From contig NW_019091358.1 of assembly GCF_001949145.1 (NCBI RefSeq), positions 3,466,535 to 3,530,534 on the forward strand: a DNA stretch of 64,000 bases, given 5' to 3'. This DNA is from Acanthaster planci. Its lineage: Eukaryota. The position numbers and the translations under genes were made by a program. The notes below the pieces were generated by a model. It was not told the origin of the DNA. It made no database searches and saw nothing but the letters and a program-made list of their open reading frames with translations. This document shows positions 53,101 to 64,000 of this stretch, in pieces. Each line of letters begins with the position of its first letter. The first letter of the stretch is position 1.

Positions 53101-53353
53101 CATAATCACTTGTTTGTGCATTTGATATATTTAAGTGTATACCCGCCCCAAAAACATCTATACAGAAAGCACTCTCATTCAACCATGGTGACGCATTTCC
53201 CCAAGTCATTGTTAGCTGTTAATTGACCCATTGAGGAAAGTCACTACTGTGGATTTTTTTATTGGATTCTCAGGTAGCCATACAATCCTTCCTGTTGTAT
53301 GCAGCATGGATTCTTTCTGGTGATTTTTGCAAGGTCACACCTTGCACAAGGCA

Positions 53354-53428
53354 TGGTCTGGTGTGGTATGGTCTGGTGTGGTGTGTTTTGGTGTGGTATG
53401 GTTTGTAGTGGTGTGTTTTGGTGTAGTG
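53354..53428. repeat. Degenerate pentanucleotide microsatellite (TGGTN)n
   Basis: TGGTCTGGTGTGGTATGGTCTGGTGTGGTGTGTTTTGGTGTGGTATGG... Confidence 0.85.
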
Positions 53429-56400
53429 CGCAGTGTTACTACAGTCCAGGGCTTCTATCTGTTCTGCTGGTTGTCACACAGCCACTTGGCCCAACCTCCA
53501 CAGAGCTGAGACAGGTCACAGAGATAAACTACTGGGCCTTTTGTGTGCTCAATTTATTGGCAGGTTTGTTTAAACCCCTCCCCCTCGGCCCCAGTCACCC
53601 TGCTCTCATTGGCCGCCTGTTATAACTGGCCAGGTGCAGACAAGGGGCTACATGCGTACAAGCTAGGCGGAGTCTGGCCTTGGTTGCAGCCAGTTTTGTG
53701 TGCACTCTGAATGATCACTTCCTTAATTGCTGATGAGGTCGCATTTTTAAAGGTGAGTGCACCTGGATGGCTGAGTACCCGACAATGCTAGGGCTCAAAA
53801 CCTATTGTCATCACCCCCCTCGGATTTCAAGTAGGCAGGGAACAGCATCGCTTTACCACATTACAAGGTTGCACAAAGGTAATAACATTTTGTCACAAAC
53901 AACTCATTGGGACTTGATGTGAAACCACAGTGCATGAAATGCGGCTTGCACTTTCACGCAACAATGAACCATACTGTTAGAGTTCAGGTTTGTCGTACTG
54001 CTTTGACCATGTGAAATGCTGAGTTTTCCTCTAGCAGACTACACAATGCTGCAAGTTTTAGTCCTTCATGTTATTTAATTGCACTTGCGTGTATTAATTA
54101 TACGGCATATTGGGCAAATCTCTACCATCACCGTCCATGCGGTCACATTTGGCAATATGTCTGCACTGTGGACAATGAAGTCACTTTAAAAATTTGCTTA
54201 AGAAGAGGGGGGATCTGTTTTGCTTTCCCCCCCCCCATGTCATTAACAAAAAGGAAAGAATTTCTTGAAATCACAAAAAGGGAATTATTGTTGTCATCAA
54301 CAAACAACTTGTTGAAGGTATGAAGCCCATTGTCCATGAAAAGATTCGGGGGGGGGAGTCCACACATTGATTTGGCAATGTTTGATCACAGTTTTTAAAC
54401 TCCTGCCGGGGTAAACACACTCTCGTTGTTGGTGCGTTGGCCGGTCACATCAACCACAGGGTCATTCATGGCACAGTACCTGGCGCTGCTAGCAACAAGG
54501 ACCAAGGCATCCCCTGTGGAATGTGCAGGTGCAGTAATGGCTGTTAAGCATACTGAAGGTGTGTTGTTGGCTGCAGGAACACAAAAGGGGTCACAAATGG
54601 CCTGCAAGAATGATTCAACTGCTTTTTGGAGGCTGATCACAGCAATTTTTTGTTTGAGGCTGGGTATTTTTGGTCTGACTTTCTTTCGTCCTTTGGATGC
54701 AGTTTGTGCCTGGCTTTGTACCCCCCCCCCATTTTTGGTGATAAGAACTGTTGCCTCTGTTACACTTGTTTGTCTTTTTTCGTGGGGAGTATTTGATCCC
54801 CACTGACACAGCCTTGGTTGAATTCAACAGAGTGTTAGGTCAGGGTTGAAGTGTGGAATTTTGCTGTCAGGTGCGCATGCAGCTCTGTGAATGTAGAATT
54901 ATGAAGATGGGAAAGACTAAGTGTATATCTCAACCCCCGAGGCATTCAGACACTGAGAGAAAACAAACCGACTTAGAATTTGACAAGAAAGTTCATCTGA
55001 TGGCTTTTATTTCTACACACAAGTCCCTGAAATGATGGGTTAACTTCACCTTCAATCTCATTATGGCTGACTCGTGAGTAAAGTCTCTTTGGTCTTTTTT
55101 TGCCTCCTCTGTGGTTTGCATCACGTACCAATGACCAGATAGCATGCTTGTTGACTGCCCTGTGGTGAATGTTGTCTGGCAGAACAACCCATTTTTATCC
55201 AGAGGGTAAATTTTGGTCGTTTTTCTTGTTTAATCAACCGCTGAAATGCAACCTTGTACATTTGTATCGGGTATCATTGCTACAGGGTTCTTACTTTACA
55301 TATTGACCAATATTGTCTTTGTACAGATATTGTACGATACATATCAGAGCTTGGATACACGTTTGACTAGTGTCAAGATTTTTGTTGTCCTTTTTGGGGT
55401 TGTGTATGTGCGTGGGCTAACCTTACAGACCTAGTGTGGACTTGTGAACAAAAGATGTCCACACGATTCAGGAAAGGAAGATGTTCTCTGGACTAACACA
55501 CGTCCACAGGACATTTCCCCTTCTCTGAAGAAGTGTAGAGGCATTTTGGGGTAGGGGTCATGCTTCGTGAAAGGAAGAGGAGTAGTCAAGGAAACCTTGT
55601 ACAAAAAGCCAGCTGAAAATCGTGTTCCCAGTTCAAGAAAAACAATTTTTGTCACCGAGGTTTTCTTAACTGCACGAAAAGAAAGGAATGTCCACAGTTG
55701 GTATGTAAGGTACATATAAGTGGTGGATGGGTGTGTATGCGCGTGGGACATGGAAAATAATGAACCTTGACGCAGGGTTTTATTCTGACACGGACTCGGT
55801 GAGCCTCAAGGTAAAAAATCCCTCCTTTTTTTTTCTTTTTTTTTTTTTCAAAAGTATGTTGACTGGATCAAGTTCATGGCAGGTGCGACATGTCACAATA
55901 GTGTTGCATTATCAGCTTTCAGTGACAGGAGCCTGGATGTTGAAATATAACCTGGCCATTGTTAGAGAAGCCCATCAAAATTAACTAAAGGCCAAGCTTG
56001 ACAGCACAAACTAAAGTGTGAAGTCTGGGTTTTGTTTTCTTTCAAGCAGTCAGATGGTAAGCAAATGATAACCTTCATCAGGACCTCTCTACCAAACAGT
56101 AATTTCTACAAGCATGGTTACCCATTATCGTAAATTTTCTGTTACCTGGAAGTTTCCCGTGGCATATTAAAAACCTTGGTGCAGCATGTTTTATCTGCTC
56201 CTCAATCCTCATGCTTCACGGCCTGTATCAGAAGAATTTCTATTCATCTTACACAGAGAGGAGTTTATTGTACAGTGTACATTCCCTTTAGACTAGGGCA
56301 CAACAGATCACAGAAACACATTTATTGCCTGCCATTTGACCATGATTGAATCCATAAAACCAACTCAATGGTTGCTGGAACTTGGAAGCTCTGTGTCCTT

Positions 56401-58726
56401 GCTTTATGCTGGAAGCATGGAGGAATGTCATGGTAATTGGGGGGAGGGGGGTAGTGAGAGCCAAAGTCTTTGCCCTTTAAGGTTGGCAGTCCGTCATTCA
56501 TCTGTGTGTGAAAACGGGATTCATCAGCCGCTTCCTGCTGGTAAAATATCACACCCTCAGTTGATTAGCAGTAACTGTTGTGGGGTCTTGTTATCATTGG
56601 GCATGCAAGGGTTATTGTGACAAGCCAGTTGGAATTACAGGCGGGCGGGGGGAGATTGAAAGTGCATTCCCGCCGTGCCCGCATCGCTTGGGATCGCAAT
56701 GATATGGCTGCAGTGCATTCAACTGAAAGTACTCATGAAAATGTGCATACAGTGCCTGTGTATTGTGAGCTCCCTATACTTACATGTAGTGTTATGTTTG
56801 ACATTTTCAGGTAAGTTTCTCAGTGAAAGCAATGTCTCAGATAAGTAGTCTGTCTATGTCTTGTTCAGAGATTTTAGACGGGGTGATTGGAATGAAGCAG
56901 GAGAATGTTTACATGTTGTTTTCACCGAGCCATGATTGAGTTAACCATATAACACACTTTATAGATTTTGCTCATATTTACAGACCATCTAACTTTATTA
57001 GACTTGCTTCTGTGCATTATCGAGTACACATTATACCGGTACATGTAAGTGATTGTACATGTACATGTATGTTGCCAGGAACTTTACTTGTTGGGGTTGT
57101 GTATGACTTTTCATGTCTTGCAGCTGAGACTTCCCCAGTTTGTTTTGCAATATCAATCTCAGCTATGATGGGGTGCATTCCATGGAACCCCCAGAGCTCT
57201 TGTTGTCATTCCTCCCAACAGGCAACAAGTTCCAGTAGAGCTGCCTCTCCTTGGCCTCATTTGAATATCAATGCCCTGTTTACTTCCTGTGGGAGATTAC
57301 AGACACCCCCTCCCAAACCAGTTCAAAGGGCAAATACCCTAATCTGGGTGTGATGAAGGTTATGGAAGCTAATTCCCAGTTCCTAGCTGTTGGTATTCAA
57401 ACAACTAGGGGAAGCTTGATTTCTCTCAGTAAATCTTACACTTGCAGGCCACTTATAACCTGTTTATATTACAATTGTAATATGCAAGGTATTCCACATC
57501 CTTTCCATAAATTTTGAATCCCATTAGAGACAATTGTCACCCCTTTGATTGAAAACTCGGGTGACAGGATGTGTGAAATGGCAACTTGTGAGAAGATATA
57601 TCTGCTTCAATAAAAAGAAGAGGAGCAAGGTATAAAGCACCAAGCCCTGGAGCGTATGTGTCAATACATTGCTCACAGTTTCAGTACGTCAGGAATAGAT
57701 ACTTTTCTGCGTGTATGGTTTTGATATGGGGAATTGATTGATGACACAATCATCCTAAGCCCTCCCAACACCCCTCCCCCCCTTTGATAACTATGATTGA
57801 TCCCCTCTTCACAGTCCATTAAATAAATAACAAGCCTGGGTCTTGTGTCCTATGGCCTCTTCTCCCCCTCCCCCCCCCCACAGACCTGCTCATTAAGTGT
57901 GCAAGGAAACATATTCCCACGACTTCATTTTCTCAGATTCCTGCAGCGACCAAAATCTTATAGTTGTTTGTGTCAAGTCTACATTGTTCGCTGTAACTGC
58001 AGTCTTAATATGTGTTTGTCATATGGAAACATGTTGGGCACGAGACAGCTCTGCAATGAGCAACTTATAAAGGTCAACAATTTCCTCCTGCTTAAGAATG
58101 AGTCAGTTATGGAGTGAGAGAAAAGAGTTTTTGTTTTCTTCTTTTTCCTGTGCATGTGGTTTGCACGGTATTATTGACACCTAACACTTTCAGGGGGGGG
58201 TTTCATAGCATACATGTAAATCATGTTTTCTTTTTCCCTGGGCGGTGTACTCTGCAATGAATAGTGACAAGCTAAGCCTTTGGGAGTGTGTTGCATAATG
58301 GGTGTGAATGGGTCAGAGTGGAGCTTGTGTAAATGCACATTGTCAAACGCAATAAGATCACCAATGGACTCAATTTGATAAATTGATCTACAATCATGTA
58401 GTGTTGTTTTGCAGAGGGATAGTTGCAGCTGGCCTGGTGTGTGGGTTTGATTTCATTGTATCCACAAAGATGTTGGAAAATTGTCTGGTTAGTTTATGCC
58501 TTGTGAATATCTCACCCATGAGATAGATATCACCCAAGGGAATTGTGTTGGCATTTGAGACTTAAATTGTTACTGTTATTGTGTTGTGTCCTCATTCAGT
58601 GTCAAGTGTCTTCATTACAGTGCTCGGTTGGAAATCAAACAAACCAGGTCTCTCCTGGTCGTTGACTTTCAACCCACAGCCTGCTCTAAGTAAACAGGTC
58701 AAAGGGGGTGTTGGAGGACTCACTCA

Positions 58727-59242
58727 NNNNNNNNNNNNNNNNNNNNNNNNNNNNNNNNNNNNNNNNNNNNNNNNNNNNNNNNNNNNNNNNNNNNNNNNNN
58801 NNNNNNNNNNNNNNNNNNNNNNNNNNNNNNNNNNNNNNNNNNNNNNNNNNNNNNNNNNNNNNNNNNNNNNNNNNNNNNNNNNNNNNNNNNNNNNNNNNNN
58901 NNNNNNNNNNNNNNNNNNNNNNNNNNNNNNNNNNNNNNNNNNNNNNNNNNNNNNNNNNNNNNNNNNNNNNNNNNNNNNNNNNNNNNNNNNNNNNNNNNNN
59001 NNNNNNNNNNNNNNNNNNNNNNNNNNNNNNNNNNNNNNNNNNNNNNNNNNNNNNNNNNNNNNNNNNNNNNNNNNNNNNNNNNNNNNNNNNNNNNNNNNNN
59101 NNNNNNNNNNNNNNNNNNNNNNNNNNNNNNNNNNNNNNNNNNNNNNNNNNNNNNNNNNNNNNNNNNNNNNNNNNNNNNNNNNNNNNNNNNNNNNNNNNNN
59201 NNNNNNNNNNNNNNNNNNNNNNNNNNNNNNNNNNNNNNNNNN
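58727..59242. other. Assembly gap (516 N)
   Basis: Run of N ending ~200 bp upstream of the exon acceptor. Confidence 1.
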
Positions 59243-59444
59243 NTAGCCTGTAATAGCTTGTGACTCCCGTTTCCTTTGCAAGCTCTCTGCTGTCAAACTT
59301 GTGATGGAGACTGATCTTCACTCTGATCCAAAGAGACTTCAGAAAGGCAAAAACTTGAATCATATCATTCTGTCAGCTCCACCAACAATGACTTGACTGT
59401 TTTCTGATTGATTTTGCTCTGTTCTTTTCTTGCTATTTCTGCAG

Positions 59445-59683
59445 GATGTCAGAGATCTGAAGTGAGGAATCCCTGCCGAAGCAATTTTTTGGCATTATCC
59501 CAGCGACAGATCATCCCTGATTTGGCTGAATTTGGCAAACCGTTGACCCCTCCTGTGTGAGGGTGATTCGTAACCCATCCCTCACCCTGGAAGGCGACAC
59601 AGCTGTGCTCTGGTGTCTACCTCTGAGCTCAAACGGGGGCCTAGAGGGGGGGCAGGGCAGTACGCCTCTCATGCCGCACCAAG
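59445..59683 (+). other. 5' UTR part of the start-codon exon (spliced; exon starts at 59445)
   Basis: Long pyrimidine tract 59399-59440 (TTTTCTGATTGATTTTGCTCTGTTCTTTTCTTGCTATTTCT) then GCAG|G with AG at 59443-59444; no open frame continuing into the CDS. Implies at least one upstream non-coding exon. Confidence 0.75.
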
Positions 59684-60508
59684 ATGGACTCTAGCATCAT
59701 TAGCCCGGACCCTGCGGCCAAAGAGGAGATCACCCCCCAGTACGACAGCAGCGAGGAATGGGAGATAGGCCTGGGCAACCTCATCATTGACCTGGACGCC
59801 GATCTGGAGAAGGACCGGCAGGATGTGCCCTCGGCCGACTGCAGCAGCCCCCTGAGAATCGGCAAAATGAAGATCAAGCGGAAGGTGAGCAGCTCCAAGG
59901 GAGAGTCAGCCACTGCCTCCTCACCCCGGAAGGACCCAAGCAGCAGCAGTAACGAAGAAGCCCTTCCTTTGACCACAACAGCAGCAGCAACAGGGGCTTC
60001 AACAGCACACCATGCATCACCTGAGCGGCAGGACCTGGTGAGCAAACCACGAGTGGTCATCCACCACAAGAAAGACTCAAGCGCCAAGCAGGAGAAGATA
60101 TTCTGCAGCCCCGTCATGAACAATGCTTCCAAGGTGCCTGCTGCCGTGTCCCTAGTGCAGACCGCGGTTGCAGTGGCAAACCAAACCAACCCCACCGTTC
60201 TACTCAACGCTTCCATGGGAAATTTGCCCGTCCCTCTGCAGTCCCAACCACCACAGCAACCACCTAAGAACTCGGACAGCCTAAACCACGTCTTGCAAGG
60301 GGTCATGGGCAGCCCCATGGCCAGCACTGCCAAGGACTCGGAAAAAAAACAGGGCAGAGCGGACAACCGAGACAACGAAGTCAAAACAAAGGAGGACGGA
60401 AAGAAGAAAGATGAGAAGGAGGTCAAAGGTGATGTGAATAACAAGAAGGAGGTTGCTCATGGTGGTGTTAACAAGAAACATGGAGGAAAGAAGGGCAAAA
60501 ATGACAAG
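59684..60508 (+). CDS. ZNF608/ZNF609: First coding exon (275 codons, gene continues 3' of this exon) of a ZNF608/ZNF609/Brakeless(scribbler)-family transcriptional regulator
   Basis: Translation contains [28 protein letters not shown], matching the N-terminal motif I recall from vertebrate ZNF608/ZNF609 (YDSGD[D/E]W[E/D][17 protein letters not shown][R/Q]Q), then a basic KMKIKRK motif and low-complexity S/A/T, P/Q and K/E/D tracts. ATG 59684 is in strong context (AAGATGG) with an in-frame upstream TAG at 59642-59644. The exon ends at a consensus donor AAG|GTGAGT (GT 60509-60510), phase 0. The ORF-track extension to 60604 is intron read-through. Confidence 0.92.
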
Positions 60509-60600
60509 GTGAGTAGTGTTATTGCTTGGAGCTGTTTACAATTTTATGTAGAACAGTTTTCTGGAAGAAAATGTCTCAACCACTGTTACAAAATTAGCAC

Positions 60601-61122
60601 CTAACCTACAGGAGAGAGAGTCTATCCTACAGGAGAGAGAGTCTAACCTACAGGAGAGAGAGTCTAACCTATAGGAGAGAGAGTCTAACCTATAGGAGAG
60701 AGAGTCTAACCTACAGGAGAGAGTCTAACCTATAGGAGAGAGAGTCTAACCTATAGGAGAGAGAGTCTAACCTACAGGAGAGAGTCTAACCTATAGGAGA
60801 GAGTCTAACCTANNNNNNNNNNNNNNNNNNNNNNNNNNNNNNNNNNNNNNNNNNNNNNNNNNNNNNNNNNNNNNNNNNNNNNNNNNNNNNNNNNNNNNNN
60901 NNNNNNNNNNNNNNNNNNNNNNNNNNNNNNNNNNNNNNNNNNNNNNNNNNNNNNNNNNNNNNNNNNNNNNNNNNNNNNNNCAGGAGAGAGAGTCTAACCT
61001 ACAGGAGAGAGAGTCTAACCTATAGGAGAGAGAGTCTAACCTATAGGAGAGAGAGTCTAACCTACAGGAGAGAGTCTAACCTATAGGAGAGACAGTCTAA
61101 CCTACAGGAGAGAGAGTCTAAC
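60601..61122. repeat. Intronic minisatellite, 21/19-bp unit CTAACCTAYAGGAGAGA(GA)GT, interrupted by an assembly gap (60813-60980)
   Basis: Tandem units on both sides of a 168-N gap; begins ~92 bp after the exon donor; true length unknown. Confidence 0.95.
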
Positions 61123-64000
61123 TTTCATTTCAAAGTTTATATTTTGTTTGTTTTGCTCTCTCGTTTTTTTTACCTCAGTTTTATTAGGGAAAACAGTAAC
61201 ATTGGATATAAAAGACTAGAATTATAAATTATATGCTCTTTTTTTTACATCTAAAGTTAACATCTATCAACACGAACAAACGGCTTTTGCAGCCCTCATC
61301 TGAGGACCATTTGAGGGTGCTTTGCTTTACACCTGACCATGATTTTAAGCCACCAGTTGCCATCCAAACATTAGCAAAAGTGCTGGCCTAGAAACCAAGG
61401 CTGGTTGGCTGTGACAAGTAGGCTTCTTGTTGTCCCTGCAATGGTCGTTTTTATTTTCGAGGAGCCTCGCTGATTATGTACATTGTATGGGTTGTGATTT
61501 CCTCGTTCCAGAGCCAAATGTCTGGGGTTCAACATAGCACAGTTCAGGTACATGCACAAACATACACTGTATAGTGTACATGTATGTGTAACATCACAAG
61601 TTAGAATTGAATCAGATGTGTGGATTCATAATCACAATGTGTGTGACTTTCAATTCACCCTCTCTGGAGATGTCCACAGCTGTGAATTGATGTGCACCTA
61701 CAGGTTGGGATTTCATTTCTGACTGTTCTGGCAACAAAAAGAGCAATGGCACATTTAGGTATTGGCTTCATAATATGCTGGGTAATCGTCAGAGAATCAT
61801 CTGGAAATCTCGGTGAAGGAGTTGTGACATCGAAACCCTGTGGGAAGAACAAAGAGAATGATAATGGATGTTTGAACAATTCACTTGGCATTGCAATAGA
61901 AAATGCCACATCTTGCAGCTTGAACTTGCACCTGCAGTCGTGACTAGTCTGGGGGTCAGAGTTCACGGTAAGATTTGAATCTGGGGGAGTTGTTGCGCGA
62001 TAACTCCCTTTCTTGCAATTGGGCCAGCTGGATAGTCCATGAATGGGATTTGATTAGATGACACGGAATACAAGTGTTTGCAGATTTTGCTGCCCGGGGC
62101 CAGGATATTTGTGGCCTGTGCAGCATTGACTACAGCCTTGGCTTGCAGCATGAACCGGGTAAATAAGGACTTGGCCATTTTGTTATCGATTTGGGGCAGG
62201 ACATGGGATCTGGTGATAATAAAACCTCATTTTTTTTATCATTGCTCTGTTGAATGCAAAAAAAGGGCCAAGAGAAAAAAAGGGAGGTTGCAGAGACATA
62301 TCTGGCCCTAACTTCTTCTCTCAAAATGGAAAATTTCATGACATATTTGATTTCCTGTCAAGCACAATTGAAGATTGAGATAGCATGCATCATTTCTCTA
62401 GTTGTGCTGTAGGAATTTTGCCGGATTGTGTGTAAAAGTGCAGATATTTGTCTGTGTCTCAAAGCAAAATTGTCAGGAGGTAAAAAGCATTTTCATGTAA
62501 TGTCATCAAGCTGTCCAGCCGTCCTCAAAAGATATACAAGAATTACCGGTAGGATGACTGGCGGGAACTGTTTACGGGAACTTCATGATCAGTCGGACAA
62601 TAAAGAGTTGGAAATGAGATTTACAGGTACACCGCGGTACAACTTGCAGAGGAACTGGCTGGCAGTTGACCTGCTGAGCTGTTTAGTCCCCCGTGATGCC
62701 AGTGATTCAGTTGTCTTTTGGGGCAGTGTGTCACTCAGAAGTCCAGTGTTTGTAGATTTGAAGAAAAAAAAAAGTGCGTGTACATATAACTTTAAACCCT
62801 AAGGCTTTAAATCTAGTTACCCTTTGGAATTTGTTACACGTGGTGTCAGTCTTGCCGTTTGTCCTGTCTGCAGTTCAGTGTAGCAGGTCATAGTCACTGA
62901 CCACACTGACTGGATTCACCATAGTATTATTCATAACCAAATTGAAACGTGTTTTGACTCTGCCGATAGATAAAGTCGGGGTAGTTCTGGCCTGGGCTTT
63001 TTTCTTTCTTTTTTTCTTTCTTTTTTTTGAGAAACTGGTTACACTCAGTGCGGAATGAACACTGTTTTATGTCGTCAATGATACTCTTGCAATAACAAAC
63101 CTGATACTCCAACATACATTTTCTGCTCCTAAAGAGAGTCTAGGGGTGGTCCATTATCGGTAGGGTCAATACCCAGCTAAAATACAGCTTCCTGCCATAG
63201 ATCAGGCATGGATCATACCCCACTGGATGTGTGATCGCTTCCTTGTCCTGCTTTTTAGAATGAACTTGGAATTTTTTTTCCCCCAGCACTCTCATTGCCT
63301 TTAATCATGTCCCTCTGTTGCAGGGAGTGTAACAGCCTGTAACGCAAGTCGTAAATCTAATTTTTCTATCCAGCCAGATCTCCACCCCTATTTGTGAGCA
63401 GTGGTGCCTTCCGCCTCTGTCATCTCCTCATCCGACCCAACTGGGCCCCCCCACTCCTTTTTTTACCAGTTATGAAATGGAGGGAGAATTTGTGGTTTGG
63501 GGTATTATATTAGCAGGGAGGGACAAGAAATCCGGGCGGGCTTGCCTTGCTCAGATGGCTTGTAAAAAGAGGGAAAGGAAGGGGGGGCAGTGGGAGCCGA
63601 CAGGCTGAGACTGAAATGGAATCACTTCAAAACCCAGACTGATGTTTTGGCGTCTGGGCTCAGTACGTCTTTGACTCGGCAACAAATATTGATTTCTTCA
63701 TGAAAGCACTCTGTATTTGTTTGCCAACTTGTGTGTATCATACAGTTACTCATCATACAGCATCTTATGGGGGGCACCAGCTTTCAGTGGTGTGGGGTTT
63801 TGGGGGGCAAGTTTTTTGTTAGCCTTGTTCAATATCTGTTCATCCCGGTTTTTTTTTTTTTTTTTTTAAGGGGGGGAGGCACCTGGGGGAGGAGGCACCT
63901 GGGAGGGGCACCGGAACCACATGTACAGGTAACTTTTGATGTACATGAACATGAATTTCCTTTGATGTTTTTTCTCAGTGGAATTTCTATTTGCATGGAA

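Noticed and set aside
58709..58720. TGTTGGAGGACT match to the 42-bp unit beside the gap
   Set aside because: Only 12 bp and flanks do not match on either side; probably chance.
58581..59363. Long ORFs containing X runs
   Set aside because: Artefacts of translating through the N gap.
59641..60444. 267-aa antisense ORF
   Set aside because: Shadow frame of the real GC-rich coding exon; no recognisable protein features.
60509..60604. C-terminal 31 aa of the 306-aa ORF (VSSVIAW...KIST)
   Set aside because: Lies after the GTGAGT donor; composition shifts to intronic.

Overview
Eukaryotic genomic DNA from a draft animal assembly, probably a marine invertebrate (spliceosomal signals, dense MITE-type DNA-transposon relics, pervasive TACATG motifs, two N-gaps); the species cannot be determined from the sequence. 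Only one protein-coding exon is supportable: the start-codon exon (59445-60508, CDS from 59684) of a ZNF608/ZNF609/Brakeless(scribbler)-family gene, recognised by the motif [27 protein letters not shown]. The preceding ~59 kb is non-coding (5' intron and/or upstream region) and holds non-autonomous elements resembling Sola2, piggyBac, hAT, Tc1/mariner, Harbinger and Helentron families, two LINE 3' ends, a tandem duplication and simple repeats. Nearly all other ORFs in the track look spurious. Most notable observations: (1) a ~315-bp element whose ~84-bp inverted repeats enclose a tRNA-Thr(AGT)-like Pol III unit, with the right repeat supplying the T-run terminator; (2) an exon layout paralleling mammalian circ-ZNF609; (3) TTAA-flanked micro-elements built from a variable number of 42-bp hairpin units; (4) compensatory base changes in a LINE 3' stem-loop; (5) a candidate recursive splice site. 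All alignments were done by eye and no database search was run.
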